NCBI GenBank assembly: GCA_041946675.1
Contig: JBHGAU010000002.1
Span: 44,651 to 108,650, forward strand
DNA length: 64,000 nucleotides
Source of the DNA: Methanotrichaceae archaeon
Lineage (GTDB): Archaea > Halobacteriota > Methanosarcinia > Methanotrichales > Methanotrichaceae
Direction: 5' to 3'
The notes beneath the pieces were generated by a model. The model was not told where the DNA came from. It saw only the letters and a list, made by a program, of their open reading frames with translations, and did no database searches. Made by a program: the position numbers and the translations under genes. Positions 27,679 through 36,313 of the stretch are shown piece after piece; position 1 is the first letter of the stretch; each line of letters opens with the position of its first letter.

Positions 27679-30081
27679 TCACTTCTTAGCCCTAATCTTT
27701 CTCGGGATGTTCGTCGGATCGAAGCTAACATCAGCCGGTCTGAGCGGTCCGGATAAGAACTTCTTGTTCTTCCAGTCAACCTTCCAGCCGTGCTTCGACT
27801 CAAGCTCCTTCATCATGCTGTCCTTATAGGTGATGGGCAGGTCCTTTGCATCCCTTACGAAGATGTGCCAGTCATCAGGCAGCTTTCCGAAGTACTTCAT
27901 GGAGATATCGCAGTAGTGATTCAGCTTGATTGACCTTCCCATGCTGTTATCCGATGGCCTGAAGCAGAGCTTTGCCATCTCCAGCATTGCCTCTTCCTTG
28001 GTCTCAGCTATGTAGAGCATAGCCTCAGGAGCGGGCTCGATCTGCTGCATCTTGCCGTCGCGAGCATCTATGACCATCCAGTCCTCAGGCTTGTCAGCCC
28101 TTCCCATGAAGGACCTCCTGTACATGACGGAATGCGGCTGAACGACTACTGGAATGCCCAGTCTGTTGCATCCTGTTGCGATGGCCGCTGCCTTCTGTGA
28201 GTAGGCTCCCCAGGCTACACCGCAGGCTCCGACCTTGGAGAGGATGTAGTCTGCAATATCATCGAAGTTTGCCCTGTGATTCCTGTGAGCGAAAATGGTT
28301 GCCACCTTGATCGCGGCATCGGCGATGTTGGCGTTTGATACGCATGAGCCTGTGTTGCAGAGATTTCTGCCGTCGAATCCGCCGGGGTACTGCTCCCAGA
28401 TGGTCTTGCCCTCTTCGTTCTTGTAGAGGGACATATCCATTGCCATGCAGCCGGATGTGACGACGATATAGCCCCTATCCAGGAATTCCTTGGCCATGTC
28501 GTAGGCTTCCTTGGTTCCATTTGGATAGTTGCTGCATCCGACGAGCGCTATGACGCCGGGGATTGTGCCCAATACTATGGGCGCTCCGACAGACCTGATC
28601 TCGGTATCGCGTGCGGGTCCGCGTCCTGACCTCATCACGAACTTCTGGTCCTTCACAAACTGGCGATTGGCGTACTCGTAGAGATCCATGATGGATATTC
28701 CCTGCGGGCAGGCATCCTCGCATCTGGCACAGCCAACGCATATCTCATACATTGATGAGAATGACTCAAGGTTGCCCTTCTTGGCATCAGCAATGAGATC
28801 GCTGATCCTGACATGTGGCGGGCAGACAAATGCGCACTGGTTGCATCCCGTGCACTTATCCAGAGCTTCCTTGAACTGCTGCTCTGTCATAAGGCTCTGC
28901 GCCTTGGCCTCGGCACGCTTCGGCTTAACTCCGATTGCGACCTTAATGCCTACCTCTCCGGCCTTTGTGGGATCGAGTATTGCAACGCCGGGTATCTTGA
29001 AGCTGACAAGGTCATCCACGATCTGATCTACTGGATCGTTTGTCCTGTCCGGCAGGCCCAGCATGATCTTATCCGTGGTAGCGATAAGTGGAATCTTTCT
29101 CTTCTGGGCATCCTCGAGCACATCGCACCAGACGCACTGCTCATCAACCATGACGCAGTCCATGACTCCGGAGCGGATCATCTTCCTCCACCAGCCAATA
29201 GCTCCAGCGACCTTGGGCCTGGTTCCTATGTTCTTGGGCACATGGCTTCCAGCACCAAGTCCAATCCTGTTCAGGTCATGAGCTGTGCAGCATACACCGC
29301 CGATATCGACTTTATCCCAGAGGTTATTTGCCTCTGCATAAATCATAGCCTCTGCACCTGCTGCCAGGTTATGGCCGTAAGCAATCAGAACGCCCTTGTT
29401 CTGGTCCAGTGTGCCCATGCCGATCTCAATGAGCGGGGCATCAGCGGCACCGCGTGGCATGTCGTAGGCGACGATCTGCAGCATATCGCAGATTTCCATG
29501 CCCAGAAGATCGAGCATACCAGCATGCAGAGCCTTGGATTCAAAGTCCTTATAATAGCCCTCTTGGCCTGTATGTGTGGCAGCCAAAAGCTGGACGACCT
29601 CTTCCTCGAGATAGCTCAGGCCTTCGCCGAAATCCTTCAGCACTCTGGGCTTGCTGCCCATGATCGTCTGGTACAGGGGTGAATCTACAAGGATCTCATC
29701 GCCCATATCGAACTTCATATCTCCGAACTTATCCAGACACCAGTGGTACAGATGTCGGCCGTGGGCAGAATGTGCACAAGTACCCATCAGGCAGGCAATG
29801 AGGACTATCCTGCCGCAATAGGCTTCCATATTCATGCCGCATGCGCCGCGCTTATTGGCGGTCAGATCGCAAGGTCCATAAGTACAAAGTGTACAGGTAT
29901 CGTCCGCAGGGGCGTAAAATATTCTATATCTATTCGCTAGCTTGAAGTCCCAATCACGGAGCGTTGCTACGCCGGGCTTGGGGAAAGGACCCATAGGCTG
30001 GTCCCACTCTTCCTCTTCCTTAACGACAGCTCCGATGTTGATCTCAAGAAGAGCTTTGCGGCAAGCAGAGAATGCCATCAT
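27679..30081 (-). CDS. cdhA: acetyl-CoA decarbonylase/synthase alpha subunit (CODH, C-cluster)
   Basis: CTLCTYGPCDL...KRGACG, two ferredoxin-type CxxCxxCxxxCP motifs (CTGCNQCAFVCP, CVGCARCEDACP) and GSCVSNA. 800 aa. Confidence 0.93.
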   Translation of the reverse strand: MMAFSACRKALLEINIGAVVKEEEEWDQPMGPFPKPGVATLRDWDFKLANRYRIFYAPADDTCTLCTYGPCDLTANKRGACGMNMEAYCGRIVLIACLMGTCAHSAHGRHLYHWCLDKFGDMKFDMGDEILVDSPLYQTIMGSKPRVLKDFGEGLSYLEEEVVQLLAATHTGQEGYYKDFESKALHAGMLDLLGMEICDMLQIVAYDMPRGAADAPLIEIGMGTLDQNKGVLIAYGHNLAAGAEAMIYAEANNLWDKVDIGGVCCTAHDLNRIGLGAGSHVPKNIGTRPKVAGAIGWWRKMIRSGVMDCVMVDEQCVWCDVLEDAQKRKIPLIATTDKIMLGLPDRTNDPVDQIVDDLVSFKIPGVAILDPTKAGEVGIKVAIGVKPKRAEAKAQSLMTEQQFKEALDKCTGCNQCAFVCPPHVRISDLIADAKKGNLESFSSMYEICVGCARCEDACPQGISIMDLYEYANRQFVKDQKFVMRSGRGPARDTEIRSVGAPIVLGTIPGVIALVGCSNYPNGTKEAYDMAKEFLDRGYIVVTSGCMAMDMSLYKNEEGKTIWEQYPGGFDGRNLCNTGSCVSNANIADAAIKVATIFAHRNHRANFDDIADYILSKVGACGVAWGAYSQKAAAIATGCNRLGIPVVVQPHSVMYRRSFMGRADKPEDWMVIDARDGKMQQIEPAPEAMLYIAETKEEAMLEMAKLCFRPSDNSMGRSIKLNHYCDISMKYFGKLPDDWHIFVRDAKDLPITYKDSMMKELESKHGWKVDWKNKKFLSGPLRPADVSFDPTNIPRKIRAKK

Positions 30082-30105
30082 GGAGGCAAATTCAGGGAAG
30101 CAGCC

Positions 30106-31134
30106 TTGGAGGGACTTGGACTAAAGCCACCGCCCATGGATTTCAGCGCCAATATAAACCCTCTGGGCTCGCCTCCTCTGGATGAAATCGTCTGCAAGGA
30201 ACTGGATAATATCGGCTATTACCCAGATAATAAATACATCGAATTCAGGAACGCCATCGCTCGCTTTGTGGGCGTGAAGCCTGAGAACGTAGTTCCGGGT
30301 AATGGTTCATCCGAGATCATCAGGCTCTTCGCGGAGATGGTCCTGGATGAAGGAGATCTCGCTCTGATACCTTTTCCGACCTTCGGGGAGTATGAGAACC
30401 AATCGCTCTTGTCAGGTGCCAGGATCAAGAGAGTAGATATAGATTCGAATGGCGTGCCCATAGTAAGCGATAAAGACCTTCGAGATGCCAAAGCCCTCTT
30501 TGTATGCAATCCCAATAATCCCACTGGAGCATTGATATCAAGAGAAGATATTGCCGCCCTCGCAAAGAGGTGCGAGCAAAACGAAGTATTCCTATTGGTT
30601 GATGAAGCTTTCATAGAATTATCCGATCCCGATCAAAGCATTGCCAATCTTGCTCCTGAGATGGAATATCTGCTTGTCATGAGATCTCTGACAAAATCAT
30701 TCGGCGTGCCGGGGCTAAGGCTGGGCTTCGGGGTTGCGAATTCCCAGTTTATAGAGATAATGGATAGGGCCAGGATACCCTGGTCCATAAGCTCTATAGC
30801 AGCTGCAGCTGGAGCATATCTCCTGGATAATGCGGACTATCTAAAGGAATCAAGGAACCTTATTAAAAGAGAAAGGGAATGGCTCACTTCAGCGCTAACG
30901 AACCTGGGGCTTAAGCCGGTAAAGAGCAGTGTTAACTTTATTTTGATAAACATTCAGCCATCCGGTATCGGCTCGGATGAGCTCGAAAGATATATGGCGA
31001 CACAGGGAGTGCTTGTCAGAGATTGCCAGTCATTCTGCCTTGGAAAGGGCTACATAAGAGTGGCAGTTAGAAATAGAGATGAGAATGAGAAGCTGATATA
31101 TGCCCTGGAGCGTGCGATTAAATGCGCAGGTTGA
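30106..31134 (+). CDS. cobD: L-threonine-O-3-phosphate decarboxylase (CobD-type class I/II aminotransferase fold)
   Basis: DFSANINPLG, NPNNPTG and SLTKSFGVPGLRLG (PLP lysine). It is adjacent to cbiB. 30106 is the first canonical start (TTG), but conserved in-frame sequence continues upstream (see findings). Confidence 0.8.
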   Translation: MEGLGLKPPPMDFSANINPLGSPPLDEIVCKELDNIGYYPDNKYIEFRNAIARFVGVKPENVVPGNGSSEIIRLFAEMVLDEGDLALIPFPTFGEYENQSLLSGARIKRVDIDSNGVPIVSDKDLRDAKALFVCNPNNPTGALISREDIAALAKRCEQNEVFLLVDEAFIELSDPDQSIANLAPEMEYLLVMRSLTKSFGVPGLRLGFGVANSQFIEIMDRARIPWSISSIAAAAGAYLLDNADYLKESRNLIKREREWLTSALTNLGLKPVKSSVNFILINIQPSGIGSDELERYMATQGVLVRDCQSFCLGKGYIRVAVRNRDENEKLIYALERAIKCAG

Positions 31135-31364
31135 ACTGTGAGCGATATCCCTGTCATTTCCCCGAGCAGGATTGTGCCTTCTGCTTCTGTCCTTTCTACC
31201 CTTGTATGGATGAGAGGACTAAAGGGCATATGAAAGGAGATATCTGGGCCTGCGATGATTGCACAGTTATTCATTCCCCTGAAATATCGGGCATCATCAT
31301 GGATGCGCTTATGGGAGGCAAGGCATTATCTGAAGCCTGGAATATTCTCGTGGAGAGAGTATGA
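31122..31364 (+). CDS. cysteine-rich small domain protein (probable metal-binding, zf-like)
   Basis: CERYPCHFPEQDCAFCFCPFYPC...WACDDC. The gene overlaps cobD by 13 nt and cbiB by 4 nt. It resembles the 'cysteine-rich small domain' seen next to or fused with cobamide genes in methanogens (by recollection). Confidence 0.6.
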   Translation: MRRLNCERYPCHFPEQDCAFCFCPFYPCMDERTKGHMKGDIWACDDCTVIHSPEISGIIMDALMGGKALSEAWNILVERV

Positions 31365-32281
31365 ACAGTGAGGCGTTTCTTATATTCCTGCTGGCCGTTG
31401 CCTTTGATCTGATAATAGGGGAGCCGCCAGCGAAAATACACCCTGTGGTCTGGATCGGCAAGCTGATATCCTTTCTGAAAAGCCGTGCTCGGCCAAGAAA
31501 AGCTGACGGCCTTATAATTGCGATTGCAGCGATAATAATAACGGTTTTTGCAGGCCATGCAATTGTCGTTGCTATGGGTCAAATCCCCATTGTCGGCGGA
31601 CTGCTCAGTACTGCAGCCGCAGCATATCTGCTAAAATCCACATTCGCCATAAGATGTCTTCTCCAGACATCCCAGGATATAGGAAGGATGATCGACAACA
31701 ATATCGATGATGCCAAAACGATGCTTCCGGCTCTTGTGGGAAGGGAGACGAAGGATCTCACATCTGCGCAGGCTGCATCAGCGGTAATTGAATCCGTCTC
31801 TGAGAACTATGTGGACACAATAATATCGCCAATATTCTATTATCTTCTATTCTCCCCCTTCGGCCTCGGGCTCGAGGCTGCCCTCGCATTCAAGGCTATG
31901 AGCACAATGGATAGCATGCTGGGATACAAAACAAAGGGTCTCAAGGAGATAGGCTATGTGCCTGCGAAGCTTGATGATATCGCCAATTATATCCCGGCAA
32001 GGCTCAGCATATTTCTTATAGCCCTAGCCAGACCCTCGAGAGCTGCTGCGGCAATAGCATCAGCCCTGAGGGATCACTCAAAGACGCCCAGCCCCAACTC
32101 CGGCTGGCCCATGTCTGCATGCGCAGGCAGCTTAAATGTCAGGCTGGATAAGCCCGGCTTCTACGTGCTGCAGGATGAGGGAAAAGAGGCGGCTACATCT
32201 GATATACCTGATGCCGTGGGGCTCATAGGTCGGGCATCAATCCTTGTGTTGGCAATATCTTCGATTATATTGCTGTTGTAG
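31361..32281 (+). CDS. cbiB: adenosylcobinamide-phosphate synthase
   Basis: IGEPPAKIHPVVWIGKLI N-terminus, multi-TM CbiB/CobD membrane family, and PSPNSGWPMSACAGSLNVRL. Confidence 0.88.
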   Translation: MNSEAFLIFLLAVAFDLIIGEPPAKIHPVVWIGKLISFLKSRARPRKADGLIIAIAAIIITVFAGHAIVVAMGQIPIVGGLLSTAAAAYLLKSTFAIRCLLQTSQDIGRMIDNNIDDAKTMLPALVGRETKDLTSAQAASAVIESVSENYVDTIISPIFYYLLFSPFGLGLEAALAFKAMSTMDSMLGYKTKGLKEIGYVPAKLDDIANYIPARLSIFLIALARPSRAAAAIASALRDHSKTPSPNSGWPMSACAGSLNVRLDKPGFYVLQDEGKEAATSDIPDAVGLIGRASILVLAISSIILLL

Positions 32282-32537
32282 GGTTCATTCGGCATCAGTA
32301 TTGCCTATTACCTGTGAATCCTTAATCATTCGTTCATGTCCTGGTCACTCAATACAATTTCGCCGAACATGCTCCCGCTTTTGGGCCAGTCCAGGTCTGC
32401 TCGCGCATGTGGGCGGCGAAGAGCATTGGGCTGTATCTGTAAGCTGTCAGGATTTCTCGTTCTTCGTATGTAACCTAATAAAGCTGAATCTTATGATCAT
32501 ATGAAAAATATGAGAAAGGGCATAATTTTGGAATCCC

Positions 32538-34682
32538 TCATGGTTCAGGACCATAATCACAGACTGCATTTTTATATGGTGGGTCATAAACACAGACTCC
32601 GCTTTTATATGACCCGTCTGACTCGCTGGGGCAATCAAATTTTTCTAAAGACCAGTAAAGCTGAACGCCATTGATATCATTTAATGCTTTTAGCTCAATA
32701 GTATTTCCTGTTATGGTCCCTTCCATCGTTGGTCCTTCATTACTTTGAATACGAAGTGTATCCCCATCTTGCGTCCATGTTCCAGAACTTTTGTCCCAAA
32801 AATCACAAGCTGTATTATAAGATCCTAGATCTATAAAAGTGCCGTCTTGATGGAAGATAATAGCGCCACCTTCGATATCCCCGTTTTCACTACTTTGTAT
32901 TTGTCCATTTGGCAACTTTGCAGTAACATGAATAAGCCACCTACCAACAACGTTAAGTTTATATAACTCTTTGGGTGATAGTGAATTTGATACAGAGGAT
33001 TGACTTACTCTCTGAGCATTCTTTACCTCTACCTCCACTGGCTCAAAGCTGTTAGGATGATTTTTGGTATTAGAGTTCTTTTCATCATTCCAGTTGCCTG
33101 CGTTATCGACTACATGTACTCCATACCAATGTTTGCCAGGGGTTGATGGCGAATCAGTGAACGAGCCAGAAACCGGGCCACTTTCGTCTGATAAGGTATT
33201 AGTCTTAACCTGTTGCCAATCGCTCGTTTCATCCTTGCGCCATAGTTCCACCTGTTTTAAGTCTGAGCCATCACTGGAAGATACATTATAGCGGATGGTG
33301 AAAGACTCGCCAGAGGCCAAGCTAAGAGGCGTGACATCAAAGGCGAGAACTGTAGGATGCATCCATTCGGGCCATGTATCGCATATCTTCTCAACGATGG
33401 ATCTATTGTATTCTTTTGCTCCCTCGGTAGTTGGATGGCCCATCGCCTGGATTTTATCATCCCAATTGCAAGTTCTACTTTGTTCTGTGCATTGAGAAGC
33501 CATATCGCATGGAGAAGCTACGTCTGGATGATTTATGGCCTCGATCTTGTCCTCCAGAGTGCAGGTTGAACGATATGTTATATCACATAGTTCAGTGCGA
33601 TCAATATATCTATGATCATCGGTCTTGCCACCATTCTCAATATCTGTTAGCTTCCACAACCAAGATCCGCCGGTGCCATAAGATCTACATGAGGGAAAAT
33701 CAACAGGGGCAAAGATAACTCGCTCTTCATGAAATATGGATTTAGAATCCTCATTAGCGGAATCTACTGCTCCACTTAGACTGATCCTTGATTTATCATC
33801 AAACTTTTTGGAGTTATCTCTCATCGATACTATATGATTCGCATCTAAAGTCACAGCTCTGTCTGTACCAAATTGTTCGATTATATTTGGATCATCTAGA
33901 GACATTTTTTTGACAACGTCTTTTAACGCAGATTCGGGCGTATCTTCAGATAATATAGGATAGTAGCTTGTTACAACAATTCTAGAATTTCTACAATTAT
34001 TCAATAACTCTTTGAGCACTTTTAGCATCGGGTCTTGAATGCCTGCACAAGCAGCATTTAGATCCTTATTTATTGGATATGAAAATGGATTAAGAATAGT
34101 CTTAACTTCTACATCATTTATTCCACCGGATACTAAAATAAGATCTATATCTCCGGGATTTGGAATATGATCCGCTTGTTCTAATAAAGTCGGATCCCAG
34201 CTACCCAGTTCAGCATCAAGAAAATTGTGCTTGCATATATCGATTTTAGCTGGCGCTGCCAGAGTCGCCCCATCGTGCGCGAGAACAGTTACCTCGATGG
34301 GCCTATTAAGCTCTTTTTGAAGCCATTTTGCTACTAGATAATAATATTTTTCGTCCTGATTTAGCCCCTCGCCCCAAGCAATCGAATCTCCTATTATAAC
34401 CATGTGGAAGATATCAGCGTTCTGCGAATCCGCTCCGCCTAGAATGAAGTGATCTTGAAAAATAGGTACTAGAGCCCCATTTAGATCCATCCACTTACCT
34501 TGCTCTTTTAACTGTTCGCCTAAGGTTCCTTGTTCCAAAGTAAATTTTCCTTCCCCTATGGAATTTAGTGCAGAGTTCCCTGATTGCCATCCGAGCAAGT
34601 CTGATCGTTCTTGTCCTATGGCATTATATTGGGAAAGAATAACTGACACTAATAGCAATAAGCCTAATTTTGTGCAAACCAT
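32538..34682 (-). CDS. large secreted SGNH/GDSL-type hydrolase with C-terminal beta-rich domains
   Basis: AAGGAGGAGGGG RBS before the ATG at 34682 (MVCTKLGLLLLVSVILS signal). VIIGDSIAWGEG (block I) and LILVSGGINDV (block III). The C-terminal part is Ig-like or lipocalin-like by composition. Confidence 0.65.
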   Translation of the reverse strand: MVCTKLGLLLLVSVILSQYNAIGQERSDLLGWQSGNSALNSIGEGKFTLEQGTLGEQLKEQGKWMDLNGALVPIFQDHFILGGADSQNADIFHMVIIGDSIAWGEGLNQDEKYYYLVAKWLQKELNRPIEVTVLAHDGATLAAPAKIDICKHNFLDAELGSWDPTLLEQADHIPNPGDIDLILVSGGINDVEVKTILNPFSYPINKDLNAACAGIQDPMLKVLKELLNNCRNSRIVVTSYYPILSEDTPESALKDVVKKMSLDDPNIIEQFGTDRAVTLDANHIVSMRDNSKKFDDKSRISLSGAVDSANEDSKSIFHEERVIFAPVDFPSCRSYGTGGSWLWKLTDIENGGKTDDHRYIDRTELCDITYRSTCTLEDKIEAINHPDVASPCDMASQCTEQSRTCNWDDKIQAMGHPTTEGAKEYNRSIVEKICDTWPEWMHPTVLAFDVTPLSLASGESFTIRYNVSSSDGSDLKQVELWRKDETSDWQQVKTNTLSDESGPVSGSFTDSPSTPGKHWYGVHVVDNAGNWNDEKNSNTKNHPNSFEPVEVEVKNAQRVSQSSVSNSLSPKELYKLNVVGRWLIHVTAKLPNGQIQSSENGDIEGGAIIFHQDGTFIDLGSYNTACDFWDKSSGTWTQDGDTLRIQSNEGPTMEGTITGNTIELKALNDINGVQLYWSLEKFDCPSESDGSYKSGVCVYDPPYKNAVCDYGPEP

Positions 34683-34919
34683 ATGCCCCTCCTCCTTATC
34701 CCAGTTGCTTGAAGCGATTTTTCCATCTACTCCAATTCCCTGCGTCCCCGATGTAATCATTATGCAGGTTAAACCAGCCAACATATCGCAGATTTCTGGC
34801 TAAGCTCATCAGCCAAGATAGTAAGATCTGTGCAATTATTTGTATTTGTTGGATGATGGACTATTTTCTGATAACGGACAAAGATCTGAAGTGCGAAATT
34901 ATTTCAGTACTCCATGCCG

Positions 34920-34973
34920 CTATGGTAACGTTTATCCAGATCAAAGTCTGAACTACTACTAATGGGGACGATG
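34920..34973. repeat. 54-nt direct repeat, copy 1 (left flank of the toxin-antitoxin cassette)
   Basis: CTATGGTAACGTTTATCCAGATCAAAGTCTGAACTACTACTAATGGGGACGATG. It differs at 3 of 54 positions from 35621..35674. Contains a TTTATCC TATA-like element about 27 nt before an ATG. Confidence 0.85.
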
Positions 34974-35290
34974 TGAGCGAAGAGACTGACCTATGTCATA
35001 AGATAAGGAATTTTGCTATCGCTGATAGTATCTCTTTCTCGAATCACGCAGGCGATAGAATGGTTGAAAGAGATATCTCGCTCGACGGTGTGATAAAGTT
35101 AATAATGACTGGCGATATAATAGAGAAGCAGCTAAACTGCAATCCATGCCCTAACGTCTTAATTCATGGATACGATCGAAATGGACAGCTCTGTCACGTC
35201 TCTGTAGCGATTTGTAAAAGTCAGTTGAGGATCGTAACGGTATACCGGCCTGATGAGGATAAATGGATTGATGGCAAAGTGAGGCTATGA
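34973..35290 (+). CDS. DUF4258-family toxin
   Basis: ISFSNHAGDRMVERDISLDGVIKLIMTGDIIE...VTVYRP matches the DUF4258 pattern. GTG is the only possible in-frame start. Confidence 0.7.
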   Translation: MSEETDLCHKIRNFAIADSISFSNHAGDRMVERDISLDGVIKLIMTGDIIEKQLNCNPCPNVLIHGYDRNGQLCHVSVAICKSQLRIVTVYRPDEDKWIDGKVRL

Positions 35291-35291
35291 A

Positions 35292-35561
35292 ATGGGTTCA
35301 GATGATGAATGTTTAGTTTGCGGCGGCAAAATGCATGAGGGCACTACTGAAATCAAGGCTAGAATAGGTGATGTGGTCGTTGTGATCACGAACATCCCGG
35401 CTGTTGTTTGTGAGCATTGTGATGAAGCTTATTACTCATTAGAAACGGCTCAAAAGATCGATGAGGTCAGGAAGGCGTTCCATGCAGGAAAGCTTGTGAC
35501 AAAGCCTCTTGCAGCTTGCGAGCTTGACTTAAATTCCGTGAGTATCTGCCAAGGAATGTGA
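35292..35561 (+). CDS. YgiT-type zinc-finger (MqsA-like N-terminal domain) antitoxin
   Basis: CLVCGGKMHEGTTE...IPAVVCEHCDEAYY has two CxxC pairs with YgiT spacing. It starts 1 nt after the toxin stop. Confidence 0.7.
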   Translation: MGSDDECLVCGGKMHEGTTEIKARIGDVVVVITNIPAVVCEHCDEAYYSLETAQKIDEVRKAFHAGKLVTKPLAACELDLNSVSICQGM

Positions 35562-35620
35562 TCTACTACGTAATATAATGTTTATTAGATAATGCATTTG
35601 TGACATTTTTCTGTATCATA

Positions 35621-35674
35621 CTATGGTAATGTTTATCCAGATCAAAGTCTGAACTACTACCAATGGAGACGATG
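35621..35674. repeat. 54-nt direct repeat, copy 2 (right flank of the TA cassette; supplies the start of the 216-aa gene)
   Basis: CTATGGTAATGTTTATCCAGATCAAAGTCTGAACTACTACCAATGGAGACGATG. Confidence 0.85.
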
Positions 35675-36313
35675 GGAGATCTGCTGGGGAATGTCAGGGA
35701 GTTTGGATCGCGCGGCAGCCGAAAGGAGGATGCTCAGAAGCTTTTCAGCTGGGGCGTCCAGGATGTCGTGGCCAGGACTCCAGTAGCCGGTGAGGCGGGA
35801 GTAGCTATAGTCTTTGATAATGGGCTGATAATCTACGCCAGGTATTTCCTCAATCTTGATCCCACTGAGTCTGAGGACAACTGCGAATTTATCCTCGCAC
35901 TCAGGAATGACCTCCGATCCAGGATAAGATATAACGTATTTTATTCAGGCTATATACATGGACAGGGATACATAAGGGTCAAGATAGCCGAGACCGATAA
36001 CAGGACAGTTCAGAGAATGCTTGAGGACCTGTATGTCCCGGCGCTCAAGAACATCTATAAACCGATCATAAGTCAGTTCAAGGGATTCTATTCAAAGGAT
36101 TATTTCGGCGTGGAAGCGGACAATAACCATGGAGAGATATATTACTCACCAGTAAGATACAGAAGCGAGCATAAGGATGCAAAGATCTGGGACGTTGTAG
36201 GTAAGCTCCATGAGCTTGATGCCATGATGCGCGAAGGCGATATTAGGCATGCACTTGCTGAACTGGATGTGCAAATGAGCTTCCTTCCGAGCGTTATGTG
36301 GTCCGATATTTAG
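35663..36313 (+). CDS. hypothetical protein (216 aa, cytoplasmic)
   Basis: Long clean ORF whose ATG sits about 27 nt downstream of the TATA-like element in the repeat (possible leaderless mRNA). No family recognised. Its 3' end overlaps the convergent TPR gene by 4 nt. Confidence 0.55.
   Translation: METMGDLLGNVREFGSRGSRKEDAQKLFSWGVQDVVARTPVAGEAGVAIVFDNGLIIYARYFLNLDPTESEDNCEFILALRNDLRSRIRYNVFYSGYIHGQGYIRVKIAETDNRTVQRMLEDLYVPALKNIYKPIISQFKGFYSKDYFGVEADNNHGEIYYSPVRYRSEHKDAKIWDVVGKLHELDAMMREGDIRHALAELDVQMSFLPSVMWSDI

Noticed and set aside
28813-29682. 289-aa plus-strand ORF and several smaller ORFs (28215..28520, 28475..28741, 28688..29026) within the cdhA region.
   Set aside because: They are antisense or alternative-frame shadows of cdhA and have no motifs.
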